Assembly: GCF_048593235.1 (NCBI RefSeq) | Contig: NC_133622.1 | Coordinates: 216,101,198-216,165,197, forward strand | DNA: 64,000 nucleotides | Source: Sminthopsis crassicaudata | Taxonomy: Eukaryota | Direction: 5' to 3' | Shown here: positions 50,801-63,511 of the stretch, piece after piece | Layout: every line of letters starts with the position of its first letter | Position numbering within the stretch: the first letter of the stretch is position 1 | The notes under the pieces: model-generated | Told to the model about the DNA's origin: nothing | The model's database searches: none | What the model saw: only the letters and a program-made list of their open reading frames with translations | Made by a program: the position numbers and the translations under genes

Positions 50801-52504
50801 AGCAATGTTGGAAAGAATACTGGAGTTAAGACATAGATATCTGATCTCAAGGCCTATCTTGTTTCTTACCAGCTGGGAGATCGTAGGCAAATTACTAGAT
50901 CCACTTTGGGTTAGATTTTGGAATGTCATCTAATATTCAGTTGGATGAGACATCATTATGTCTATCTTTGACATAACTTTATCTGCTGTCTTTTTCTCAG
51001 GGCCTAGATTTAGCTACTTCACTGTAAAGGGCAAGATTGAGTCTATATCCTCGAAGGGAAATGACAGAACATCAAAAAAAACAAAAAACAACAACAAAAA
51101 AACCCCAAACACTTTGATTGACTCTTCAGATTATTGTTTGTGTCAAGGTTACCACCTATCCTTCTAGCTAGCCAAGTTGGCAATTCCAAAATAATCCTCA
51201 ATTGCATTTACTCTTTCTCTGCATTTCTAATTGATTTCCAAAAATTGTCAGTTTTACCTTCAAGGGTTTCTCAACCCTTTATCTCTACTTATATCCACTC
51301 TAAATCAGGCCCTTATCCCTTCTTTTCTGGACTATAAGAATTAAATCCTTCCTGAATCTCCCATTTCCAAGTCACCATCTATATCGTTATCACTGATCTA
51401 TTTCTAAAACAAAAATCTGATCATAAAATTTTTGCTCAACAGTTAACTACCTGCCTATATGAGAAAATCCCAACTTCTTCATCATTCAAAACCCCTTCAC
51501 AATAGAGCTCTAGCTTGTTTTTCCAGGCTTATTATATATTTCTCCTATTTATATACTCAGCCTTCTAGCCACACTGGCCAGAATGTCCTGTTCCTTGTAC
51601 ATATGCAATAGTCATTCCCCTTTGGATTTTTGCACAGGCTGCCCCTCATACCTGAAATGCAGACATTTTTTTTTTCTCCTCAGGCACTAAATTCTAATAT
51701 TTAGAAAATTATTGGAGAAAGTTGCATCTTCTACACACAGTCCTTTCTGTTCTCTCCCCTGACTCTCTGGCACCTAAGCAATTTTTTCCAGAGTTACTCT
51801 GTCACTTAGTCACTTAGAAGTATACATATTGCTTTCCTTGAGAGATGAGTTGCAGATCTGCCTGACTCCCAACTCTTCTGCTCTTAACCTTTGTCTGTTC
51901 TTGGAGGAAGCCAATGGTACCTCTTGAAAAAAGCACGTCATTGGCTTTAGAGCAAAAAAGAGACAGATGAAGGTGAGTGATGGGAGCAACTTTACCCAGG
52001 GAGTAAATAGCAGAACTGCATCTAAATACAAGTCTCTTAATTCCTGTCCAATGCTTGCTTTTCCCTCTGATCCCTTTTCTGCAAGTAACATTAGGTTTTT
52101 GTTTTACCTACAGCAAAAATGTGAGAGGCAGGACTCTCAAAATACATGAGACAATGAGATCACTTGCACCAAGAAAGGAAAGGGAGATGACCCCATGAAG
52201 TTGGGAAGGAAAGGACCATTCTAGAAGATATAGTTTGCAGTAATTTGATCTCAGGTGTAATGTCCTTCTTCAAAGACTTTCTTTCTTCCCCTTTAAGAGC
52301 CAAAATGCCTTCTCTGTTATACCTCTGATCAGCCCAAGTTAGTGGTTCAGACAGGTCTACTCAAAGTCCAACATGCACCAGATGTAGTTTTACTCATATT
52401 TCACTGAGAAAAGAAAGCATCTATGGGTCAAATATAGCACTCACAAATAAAGTTGCTTTAATCAGCTTCCACATTCACCAAAGGTATTTTTGTTGTAAAT
52501 GTAC

Positions 52505-52683
52505 CTGTTAACAATCACTGGAGGAGCCATTGTGGGTAATGCTTCTGTCATATTCAGTTGGACACATTGTTCTGTTGATAAAATCAAGGGACGGGTCTTG
52601 ATTGCCGGGGCTGGGTACACAAACCCCCCAATGGCCACCCAGAAAGCCAGGATGATTCCAGTCAGGAGGCCGCCTATCGCACC
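52505..52683 (-). CDS. SLC5A12: SMCT2 coding exon (about exon 12)
   Basis: Minus strand ttccttcctgaag|GGT ... AACAG|gtacat; 179 nt, phase 0-2. Encodes GAIGGLLTGIILAFWVAIGGFVYPAPAIKTRPLILSTEQCVQLNMTEALPTMAPPVIVN(R). Confidence 0.94.
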
Positions 52684-54255
52684 CTTCAGGAAGGAAAAAT
52701 TAGACATTACAAAGTCATTTCATAGAATGAGTAGAAATGAGTGCTTGTTATTTGAAAACTGATGAGTCTGGGAGCTGGATTGCATTCTTGATCCTGCCTT
52801 TTGGAGACAAGGTACTCCCTCCCATTTCGTATGTCCAGCCATCTCTACTCTGCAGCCTTAACAAAAAGCTGCTTTGTTCTTCACTTGCAGTACCATGTTC
52901 ACAAGTAAAGTCTGGCTCTTCTTGGATTTGACCATATTAAACTGTAAAAAAGGAGTGCCAAGTTCTCAGAATAGCTATATTTCCTCCTTAGGAGGTAAAA
53001 TGTCCTCTATTCCCAAGAAACATATCTTCCAAAGGCATCTCTGAGCTGCAAATGGCACTATCATTCCCCAGACATGTTTTTTAGCAAAATAAAATCTACC
53101 CAGTTCAATATAATTCATTAAACATTAAATAGCTATTATGTTCCAGACATTGTACTGGTCATTTGGACAGTTATAACAAAATGAAACACTACCAGCCCTT
53201 CCAAAAAAGATTACCTTTATACAAATAAATACAAAGCATAGACAGAGGGAAAATGAACAATTTGAGAGGACAATAGGCTGCCTAAAATGTGGTACCTACT
53301 ACATGTAAAGTCCTCCCCTCAAGGAGCTTAAAATCTAGGGATTCTTCAAAGTTGGAGGTGAAGAAGAGTATTCCAGATATGGGACCATCCATTAAGGTCA
53401 ACTTTCATAACTAGAGATTTAAAAACCAAATTTTTTTTATGATAATCCAAAATCTTCACTAGATCAAACCTTCATTTCCCCATAGCTCTTGTAAAAGACT
53501 TGCTTGGCTCATATATTGGCTATATAATCAGAACAACTATTCCACTCTCAGGGCCTAAGGAACATCACCTGCCTGAGTCTATCTGTCCAATAATGTGAAT
53601 TACTCGTTAGCCTTTGTAGCAATCAACATATAGCATATTAAATCAACCCGAAGTACATAGGAAGGGAGGGAGAACTTATTTCTGAGAAATTAAACTAGAT
53701 CTCTTGCTAAAGAGATGGGGCATTATTGGATTAAAAACTCAAATTTCTCTCTTAATATTTATGTGACCTTTAGCAAGTCATTTAACTACTCAGAGCCTCA
53801 GTATTTGCATCAGTCATGTGGGAGAAATGGACTGGAACACCTTATACTTGTAGGTACTTGAAAAATTTTTATTGGATTAATTAAATATCTAGATGACCTA
53901 TAATATCACTTTCAAGACTTTCCCACATCTGCTCAGTTGTTAATTCTCCATCCCATTTCCTCTCCTTCCTCTTTCCCCCTTTTTCTCTAGACTACTAAGA
54001 AGTTGCTTACATGTCCTCAATAAATAATTGTTGAATGGACTTGTACCCCAACTTGGAATTCTCATACTTTCTTTATACAGAGTTGTAGGTTTCAACCTAA
54101 ATAGTTGTGATTAAAGAAGAAGGGAGGGAATTTTTATATTTGCCTTTGTACAGAAAATGGTCTCTCGGAGCATAGATATCTTTCAGCTAAGAAATAATGA
54201 TTTAGGCACACGGAAATAAAGGAGAGACATTTCACAAGTGACCATCAGCTCTTAC

Positions 54256-54342
54256 CTTCCAGTTGACAAAAGGCAATACAATTCCCAAAGTGAAAAGGCC
54301 AAGCATGGGTCCCCCACACATGCCATGGATGCTCAGGGCAGC
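54256..54342 (-). CDS. SLC5A12: SMCT2 coding exon (about exon 11)
   Basis: Minus strand gttctctag|GCT ... AAG|gtaaga; 87 nt, phase 0-0. Encodes [29 protein letters not shown]. Confidence 0.96.
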
Positions 54343-57269
54343 CTAGAGAACAAAAGGTACAAAGATAAGATACTATGATCATGTCCCACCTGGACTTGGT
54401 CCTGGCAGGATCCTGGGGCATCCATTATCTTTACGATTCTAATTTAGTTTGTTCACCTATTCTGTATCCCTCCACCACACCCAATTCTCATCTATTTTCT
54501 GATCTTTCCCTCCCATCCTGAGAACATCATTTTCAATTTTTCTCATGCTATTCCTCATGCCTAGATTATCCTCCCCATCTCTATGTATGCTGGTTGAAAT
54601 GCAATCTGTTTTGCAAGACCATCTTTTTCATAAAACTTTCCTGAATTACTTCACTGCCCCAATTCTTCTAGCTAAAAAGAGTTCTAACTTCATAGGATTT
54701 TCTTAGACTTTCTAAGACCACAAAATCTATAACTAAAAAAACCTTAGCAATCCTTTGATTCAATTTTCATGTATAAAAATCAAGGAACTAGGATACTAAA
54801 CTAAAAGGAAGCTAAGAGAAGAAATGTTCGCTTGAAGAGCTATAATAAGAAAGCAGAATTTAAATTTCTTAGATACTTGGGGAAGATCTAGGAATACAAT
54901 GGAAAGTGTATAGACACAGATTGAGATAAGGAAAAGCTTCATTATTAGAGCTATCCAAAGTGGAATGGGCTATCTCTCTCCTCCCCATCACTATCAAACA
55001 GAGCAGGGTGAGCACTTTTTATATGTAGATAGGAGAGGGGATTCTAGTTCTAGATATAAAACAAAATGGTCTCCCATCTCTGAGATTCCATGATTCTACA
55101 AGATGATCAAAGATCTCTTCCAGATAAAGAATTCTCATCCAACAAAATGGGGTCTCAAACCCACAACTGATCAGAGATCAATTTAAGAGAAATAAACCAC
55201 TTGGGTATAGCTTTAAAGAACTGGATGCTAACAGGATTGAAGGCAGTCTTTTCCCACAACTGATACTTAATAAAAGAACCCTTTCATTTGTCCCCTCATG
55301 ATCAATGGTATTAATTCAAAACTGCTTTTGTATTTTGTATAGCAGGGGAAGTTAATTTACTGTATCTAAGAAAATCCAGAAAGTTGATAAAGCAGTTTTC
55401 TATATTGGGTGGAAAAAAAGATTACTCCCAGCAAAGTGGCAATATATCAATTGATCTTTCAGGGAACAAAAAGCATCCATCCTGTGGGAAATGGGGGAGG
55501 CCAGTGTTCCAGCTTTAAAATATTCATGCAGGATTTAAAGTCTATTATTATATTTGTGCTTTATCCTTTACAGAAGCATCCATAAGTTTTCTTTTAAATC
55601 TTATAATAATATAAAGGCTAATATTTATAGAGTGCTTCAAGGTTTGCAAAGACCCTCATATAATATCTATCACTGTATTCTTCTAACAGCCCTGCAAAGC
55701 AATCGCTACTGTCTCTGCCCTAGATGTGAGTGACTTGCCTATAGTCAACAGATACAAGTGTCTCCAATGCTCTAACCATTGTACCACCCAAGTGCCCCAA
55801 TGAGAAGAAGCTTGAAGGTTGTCTAGCCTAAGCATCATCTAATACCATTATCTCTAATAGATAATCATCCATTTTGTGCTTGAACACCTAAGAAAGGGGG
55901 AGTGACTACCCTTGAGCCAGCACACCCCATTCTTGGATAGCCCTGGTCATCAGTTCTTATGTTGATCTTGAGTCTGAGAAATGAAGGAAGGTGGAGAGAA
56001 GGAATAATGGAGAAGCAAGTTATTACAATATCTTTGCCAAGAAAACCCTATGGAGGGAGATATAGTCCACAATGTCATGAAGTATTAGACATTACTGAAT
56101 AACAACAAGAGAGCGGGCAAGAAGACTGAAAATGCTCTATTGTTTATAAGAAAGTTAGCACTGAGATGTAGCAAGAAGCAAGCAAAAAAAAAAGCAAAAA
56201 AAAAAAAAGCACTGAGTTTCTAGTTCTGCCATTAGTAACCCTGGAGTTGGGTATCATTCCTTGTTAATGAGAGAGTCTGGAAACACTTTGAAAAGTAGGC
56301 TGGGTAGGGCACTGATAGAGTACTCTTTTTTAAAGGAGACGTAAAAGGAGCAGTTCCAATGCACTCAGAGAGTAAAAGCAAAGGATAATTTTGAGGTCAC
56401 ACTAAACATCCCCATTGGAGTCCCTGATATTGCTTTAAGAACTGGATATATTTATATATTATCTCAAGATGCCTCATCATCAGATTGAGCATTCCATCAT
56501 TTGGAAAGTGAATCATTGTTCTAATCTGTTTCTAATTCATTTAAACCAGCAATTTTCAATCCCAGCTCCCTTGGAAAATGGTTTGCTCAAGGGGCAGTAA
56601 CTTGAATAATCCATGAATACAGAATGATGGAGTGATATAGAGAAGAGAGCTGGCCTTGGATTCAAGAAGCTGTGGTGTAGAATCCTGCTCTAGCCACATA
56701 ATGGTTATACAATCCTAAAAAGCCAAATTCTCTTTAATATTATGAACTGCTCAATAGTTATCAGTCTATAGTATTAGAGAGTATTTTCTCTGTGGGGAGT
56801 TGCCTGCACCAATAAAACCAGAGATTGGATTTTCTGACCTCTCTACCTCTACAGCCTCACTTCCTACAAAAGAAATAATTATAATAAATATGTGAATATA
56901 AGAAGAAGATGTGGATTCTTTAGTGGGGAAAATGGTGGGAGAGGATTAACAGGGGAGGGAAGAATGATTCCAGTGATCTCAATTCTTTTTACCTGCAGAG
57001 TCGTAGCCACCTATGACTTGGTATCTAAAGACTAAGGCCTACAAAGTTTAAATGAGGTACTTCTGTTTACGTAGCTAAATATCACAATAAATATCAGATG
57101 TGAGATTTGAACTTCCCAATTAGAAGCCAGGCACTCTACTATGTAACTGCCTCTAAAACTGCTTAATAAATGATAAACCACCCAGTATATACTCTCCTAA
57201 ATACACTTCTATATAGAAGTCATATTAATAAGAAAACTTCCCTCTATCTTCCCAATAAATTCAAAATAC

Positions 57270-57337
57270 CTGAACAACACCTCCCATGAAGGATGCAGCA
57301 ACTGCCATGGCGGTGCAGAGAACTCCAAATAACAAGC
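57270..57337 (-). CDS. SLC5A12: SMCT2 coding exon (about exon 10)
   Basis: Minus strand ctctctttcag|GC ... CAG|gtattt; 68 nt, phase 1-0. Encodes (C)LLFGVLCTAMAVAASFMGGVVQ. Confidence 0.95.
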
Positions 57338-58105
57338 CTGAAAGAGAGAGCAGTCACTTGAATCCATTCTGTGGGCAGAATCCTGATTTGAATTGGACTC
57401 CCTAGCTTCAAAAAGGATCTCATTGAAAGCTGGATTAACCTATGAAAACTACCTGACAGTTCGCAAAGTTTCAGGATGGCCTTGCCCAGCGTGAGCACCA
57501 TTTTTCTGTCAGTGTAAATTCTTGAGAATCAACCTTATGGACGTTTTCTCCCTGACCAGGAATAAGGAATGAGTTGGGGTACCGAGAGGGCAAGTAGACA
57601 CAGATCCTTGTAGTTCCCATGGGATGCCACCATTCTGAAGTTGGGTAGAGCAAAAGAAAACTACTGACATCTAGTTCAGCCTCTCAAAACTTTGTGGCCT
57701 AAGGCAAATTATCTTTTGGTCTCAGTTGCTTTATCTTCATAATAGAGAAAATACATATCCTGACACACACACTCCCAACTGCTACAATCTTTCCTCCCAT
57801 AATGCTTTCCAATTACTTTGTATGCATATACATATTAACTAAATTTATGCTGTATACGTATTTTCATATGTACTTGTTGCCTCCCCCATAGGAATGTAAA
57901 TTAACTGATATTAGGAATTGTTTAACTTATGTATTTGTATCCCCAAATCTCAGCACAGAGCCTGGAACGTGGTAATCACTTAATACATTTTGACTATTTG
58001 ACATCATTCCTACTGCTGTTTCAAAGATCAGATCAGATAATAAATATGGAACTGAATACATTTTTAGGACCACTTACTAATGTGTGCACATGTATATACA
58101 TGTAT

Positions 58106-58330
58106 NNNNNNNNNNNNNNNNNNNNNNNNNNNNNNNNNNNNNNNNNNNNNNNNNNNNNNNNNNNNNNNNNNNNNNNNNNNNNNNNNNNNNNNNNNNNNNN
58201 NNNNNNNNNNNNNNNNNNNNNNNNNNNNNNNNNNNNNNNNNNNNNNNNNNNNNNNNNNNNNNNNNNNNNNNNNNNNNNNNNNNNNNNNNNNNNNNNNNNN
58301 NNNNNNNNNNNNNNNNNNNNNNNNNNNNNN
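58106..58330. other. Assembly gap (225 N)
   Basis: Run of N. Confidence 1.
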
Positions 58331-58481
58331 AAAAAGAGAGGAGAGAAAGGAGAGAAAAGAGAGAAAGAGAAGAGAGAAAAGAGAAGAGAGAGAAAAAGAG
58401 AGAGAAGAGAGAAAAAGAGAGAGAGAGAGGAGAAAAAGAGAGAAGAGAGAAAAGAGAAGGGAAAGGAAAAGGGGAGAAAGA
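58331..58481. repeat. Pure purine (GA/GAAAA) low-complexity tract between two gaps
   Basis: 151 nt of only A and G. The pattern resumes at 58736-58770. Confidence 0.95.
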
Positions 58482-58735
58482 NNNNNNNNNNNNNNNNNNN
58501 NNNNNNNNNNNNNNNNNNNNNNNNNNNNNNNNNNNNNNNNNNNNNNNNNNNNNNNNNNNNNNNNNNNNNNNNNNNNNNNNNNNNNNNNNNNNNNNNNNNN
58601 NNNNNNNNNNNNNNNNNNNNNNNNNNNNNNNNNNNNNNNNNNNNNNNNNNNNNNNNNNNNNNNNNNNNNNNNNNNNNNNNNNNNNNNNNNNNNNNNNNNN
58701 NNNNNNNNNNNNNNNNNNNNNNNNNNNNNNNNNNN
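58482..58735. other. Assembly gap (254 N)
   Basis: Run of N. Confidence 1.
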
Positions 58736-59534
58736 AAGAAGAAAAAGAGAGAGAGAAGAGAGAAAAAGAGATAGAGAATGAGAGTATGTGTGAGTTTGAC
58801 AAATGGACATTTGCACTCAGCAGCCTAACACAATGGCTGTTAAAGTAAACCCTAAATGAAAGCTCTCTGCACTGAAGAGCTTCACCACTGTATGGTATTG
58901 CTATGATCCTGGATGCAGTCAATGATCATTTTGGTGATTGTAGCTCAAATATATTTCATGGGATCATAGGATTTAAAACTAGAAGGACCCTTAGAAACAT
59001 TAAACTTTTAATTAAAAGAAAATGTCCCCATGTAAATGCAAAATGCTTCTCTTTAACACTACAGTTTTAGAGAAAATAGTGAGATTGAGAAGGAAAAGGG
59101 AGACTCAAGTTTCTCCCTGAATATCTTGTTTCCACATAACCATCTCAACTACTAGTCTTTGATGAGAATGTGATAGAAGGGACCATAAAGACTATATAAT
59201 CTATCCTGCTCCAACATTTTACAGATAAAAAAAAAAAAAACAGACCAGAGAAGTGTATTTACTTAATAGCACAAATAGAAAGGCATGTGTTCCTACTCAA
59301 GGCTTTTTCTGATTCCAAACTGAACACTCTTTCCCCTACATCATACTGCCTCTCTCTCACTGGTTCTTTTTTCCAGGTATTCTTACAGTTTTGTTTATAC
59401 ATATGTACATATGCCTGTTTCTGTCTGTAATCCTATATTCTGAACCCTGTCATAGAGATGGAGAAATTTCAAAATGAACTCAAGTTCAAGTTAAGACAAC
59501 AGTGTAAAATAAGAGGTCCATCGATTGTACCCAC

Positions 59535-59647
59535 ATAAGCCTTTACTGATCCAGGTGCTTAGCTTGTCCGAAAGGTTGGGAAAGCAGCTCTTGACAAAAT
59601 CCTCAAAAGTCACTGTTGCTAAGGCATTGATGCTGGCGGCCACTGTG
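59535..59647 (-). CDS. SLC5A12: SMCT2 coding exon (about exon 9)
   Basis: Minus strand ctccctgcag|C ... TTAT|gtgggt; 113 nt, phase 2-1. Encodes (S)TVAASINALATVTFEDFVKSCFPNLSDKLSTWISKGL(C). Confidence 0.96.
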
Positions 59648-59804
59648 CTGCAGGGAGAGAGAACACATAAGCCAGTCGTGACACAGGCCTCCCATCATTC
59701 CATGGAGCCAGGGGTTGGACAGGTCAGGGAGATGGTTTCAATTTCAAAGGGCTCAAATATCGACATCTGTGGTTGGGCAACAGGTGGTTCTGGGCTGGGG
59801 GTCA

Positions 59805-59980
59805 AAAAGTCCTGAATTCAAATTCTCAGATGCGCAGTAGCTCTGTGACCCTGCACGAGTCCCTTAACTGTCTAGTTTCCTCATCAATAAAATGAGCTGG
59901 AGAAGGAAATCATTCCAGTATCTTTGCCAAGAAAACCCTAATGGGGTGTCAGACATGACTGAAATGACTGAACAACAAAT
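59805..59980 (+). mobile_element. CORE-SINE (MIR3/Mar3-like)
   Basis: gaattcaaattctcaga...tgtgaccctg...ccagtatctttgccaagaaaaccctaatgggg...ctgaacaacaa. Confidence 0.75.
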
Positions 59981-61113
59981 AACAAAGTTTTACCATCTTG
60001 TTCTAATTGGCTCCCTAATTTCTAGAAGAGGAGGAAGAAAAGTGATCCATTAAATCTGGCTAGCCCCAAAGGCTCCAGAGAAGCCTACTGGGAAACAAGA
60101 GGGACAGACATCAGCCTATTAGAAAAGAAGAAGCCAATAGTATAAAATAGAATAGATTTTTTACTGCCACTTATCTAACACTTTGGTATATTTAATGTCA
60201 TAGAAACTGTGCTACTCGAGATCATGGGCTGAATTTTACATCTTCCTGCCCAGCTCCTAGAATAGAGCCTGACACCCAGAAGGCAGATGTTGGTGGAATT
60301 AGATGCTAGCCTGGCATATCAGGTTCAAGGCCTTCTGCTTTCACTTTCCTCACTGAGCAATTACATAGCATTTATTGCTGATTATATAGCATTGATTGAT
60401 ATGGATCAGCCCTCGGGATCTACACGCCAGGCAATATAATAAGACTGCTGGACTTGGAGATTCAGGAAGGAGTATGTCTGAATTCTGCCTTGGAGATTTT
60501 CTACTTGTATGGATGTAAGGAAGACATTTAATCTACCTCTGCTTCAGCTTTTTTCCTCTATAATATTCTAGATTCACTGGATTGCATTTGATAAGGATCA
60601 AAAGAGACAAAGTAAAGTGTTTCGCAAACCTTGAAGTGCTAAATAAAAGGCCAATTACTATTGTTGCTGTAGTTATTATTTCAGCATCAGAAATGTTTGT
60701 GGACAGGGTTGTTCAGGCTGTTCCTAGAGCCTTAGTTGTTATGTGCTAATACTTGAATAATTTTTAAAAGAATTATGAAGGGCCTGGTCCAGTTCCATAT
60801 CTAATAAATCCATAAAAATATGTATTGATTTGACTTGTTGATTGCCTAACTGCCTGAGTGATACAAACTTTCAAAGAAACAGACTTTAGCTGCAAGTCTA
60901 CATGGATGCAAATAATGGCTCAATCCAGGAACTAGTTTCATTTTAACAGCAAAATTGACAAATGTAGAATTCCAAGCCCCATCATGGCATGTCCTCTTGT
61001 CCCCCTACCCTAAGACAACTTATTATCTTAAATACTTATGAGATTATTCCTGCAGGGTTCTCCAAGCCCATGTATTCAAGAGATGAGAAATCTTATTTTA
61101 AGAAAAGTGTTTT

Positions 61114-61264
61114 GGGGGTAGCTAGGTGGTACACTGGATGGAGCACCAGCCCTGAAGTCAGGAGGACCAGAGTTCAAATTTGACCTTAGACACTTAACAC
61201 TCCTAGCTGTGTGATCCTGGGCAAGTCACTTAACCCCAATTGCCTCAGCAAGAAAAAAAAAAAA
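61114..61264 (+). mobile_element. WSINE1-like CORE-SINE with poly-A tail and TSD
   Basis: Full-length copy. TSD aaaagtgtttt at 61103-61113 and 61261-61271. Confidence 0.93.
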
Positions 61265-62879
61265 GTGTTTTTGGATACTTGCCATATTTGTTAATACTTG
61301 GAGTGCTGGAGATCAGTAAGGCAGTAATCTTGGGGCCATCTATATGGACCAGCATCAAAGATAGCCTAATAATATGAACTTTTTCAAGAAAAGTCTATTC
61401 TATTGATAATAACCTGGTATAAAAAAAGCAAACTAAAGAAACAAAAGGTTATAAACATTTTTAATTGTTGTGCCTGGTTTTCTTTTGAAGATTAATGTAA
61501 GAATTTTGACTTTTTACAGTTCAGGTAAAATATCAGAATAAAAATTAAACAAAAAAGGGCTGTTTCTTCCCTCTATCTCTGATTTCAGGAGATGAAAGTG
61601 CCATATAAAGTCTAGATAAAAGTGCATTATAAAGGCTAGCTATTATTATTGTAATGGTTATTATCACATTATCAGCATGAGAGCTGATAACAGGGATGGG
61701 GTTGCCCAATATTCCAGTGAGGTAGGAAAGATTATTACTTTCACTTTAGAAAAGGAAATTGAAGCTGAAGGGAACTAATAATTTGCTTAGGAAATGCTTG
61801 AGGCAGAATTCAAACTTAGCATCCTTTCCCTGCTTAGCATTTTCAGCTGGTTAACTTTTGTCCAACCACAGGTTTCTGGGACTTGTCCATCCCTTGACAT
61901 GAGACTGTCCAAGAAGGTAGCGACAATGGTTCTATGAGCACTATCCTGACCCTGCTCCATGAAACACTGGCCTGTCCTTGGTCACATCTGACAAGTCCTT
62001 AAATGGAGATTTCTGACGGGCTCCATAAAGCAGATTTCTTTATCTCTGCAGCCAGAGGGACCTGTTTCCACTGGTAGATCTCCCAGTTTTCGTCTCCTTT
62101 GTTTGAGAAAGGAGTCTACTTCCCCAGAGTGCTTTGGGACTTGAAATATTTTACTCTCAATGCACACCACTTTAGAATACTACGAAAAGCAGATTGGTCA
62201 TAGCACTTCACAGTAGGGCCAAGGAAGAAGTCTGCTTCCATATTTATCATTGATCAGCATAGTCACTGACTAGACATTTTTTTTTTTTAATGAAGGTGAC
62301 ATTCGGACCCTGATCCTCACACTTTTTTTTTTTTTTCTCTTCCTTAATCCTAATCTTTACTTCTTCAGAATAGAGAACTCCCAAATTTGAAAATCCACTC
62401 AACTGACGGCAATCAAAAGACAGAGTACTGGGTCAGCAGTCGTGCAGGTTTGAGTTTAAATCTGGTCTCAAACACTAGCTCAAAGAACCTGGGCAAATCA
62501 TTTAACATCTATCTGCCTCAGTTTCCTCAATTGTAAAATGGGAATAATAAAGAACCTATTCCCCAAGGTTGTTGTGAGGATAAAATAAAAAAAAAATTTT
62601 AAAGTATTTAACACAATGCTTGGCAAATAGTAGGTACTATAAAATGCTAATTATTATTATTATATTAATGTTTTTGCAACATCATCATCATCATTATTAT
62701 ATTATTATTATTATATCTACAGCTCTTCTGAATTGCAGTATTAGAATTATCTGAAGACATTGAGAAGTTAAAGGAAGCATCCAAGGTCACATAACCAAAA
62801 CATGTCAGACTTTCCTAACTCCAATACTAGCCCTCTCCTATCTGTGCTCATAAGAGCAAATCATTTTTAGGCAGCTTAC

Positions 62880-62968
62880 CTCAGGGTTCCACTGAAGGCA
62901 CATGCAACAAACAGTCCTGGGAGTCCCGGCATTGAGGCAAAGATGTCCATGACAAAGTATGGCATCAG
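62880..62968 (-). CDS. SLC5A12: SMCT2 sodium-coupled monocarboxylate transporter coding exon (about exon 8)
   Basis: Minus strand ttctctccag|CTG ... CTGAG|gtaagc; 89 nt, phase 0-2. Encodes [29 protein letters not shown](S), the SLC5 family PGLFVAxxFSGTLST motif. Confidence 0.96.
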
Positions 62969-63387
62969 CTGGAGAGAAGTTGGGGAAAAAAGGAGAAGGC
63001 TGGTGATTAACTGTGTGACTTTTCTAGCTTCCCAAGCAGCATCAGCACCCACCTAAATGTAGCTCCTTCCCTCAGGGAAGAAAGTTGTGTCTCATTCTGC
63101 TTGGGGGGATCCAACACTTTTCAGGAGGTAGCATGATTCTGGCTACTCTCACTGCGTCACTCTGGAGTCTTTCCAATGTTGTCATTTTGTATGAATTGTT
63201 CTCCTGCCTCTGCTCTTTTGACTTCATATCAGTTCATGTAACTTCCCAGGTTTCTCTGAAACTGCCCCTTTCATTATTTCTTCTAGCCCAATGAATGGTA
63301 TGCCAGTCCCCAAGTGATGAGTTCTATGGGGGTTAATACTCACCTGGGATAGATTGCAGCTTTTCTATTCATACAAGGTGATTTTTT

Positions 63388-63511
63388 TTCCTAAGGCAAT
63401 TGAGGTGAAGTGACTTGCCCAGGAAGTGTTAACTGTCTGAGGCCAAATTTGAATTTCGATCCTTCTGACTTTAGGGTTGGTGCTCTATCTACTGCACCAC
63501 CCAGCTGCCCC
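63388..63511 (-). mobile_element. WSINE1-like CORE-SINE with 17-bp TSD
   Basis: Perfect TSD atacaaggtgatttttt at 63371-63387 and 63514-63530. Confidence 0.93.

Noticed and set aside
57929-58922. Six long ORFs (233-281 aa) in the ORF track
   Set aside because: Artefacts of N runs and the GA tract, which give K/R/E- or S/L/F-rich low-complexity translations.
59525-59815. Plus-strand ORFs antisense to SLC5A12 exons (also 45061-45258 and 52499-52762)
   Set aside because: Shadow ORFs of real coding exons on the opposite strand.
61880-62170. Moderately GC-rich stretch with a 62-aa minus ORF as a missing SLC5A12 exon
   Set aside because: Exon phases at 62880 and 59647 already join correctly and the translation has no SLC5 similarity.
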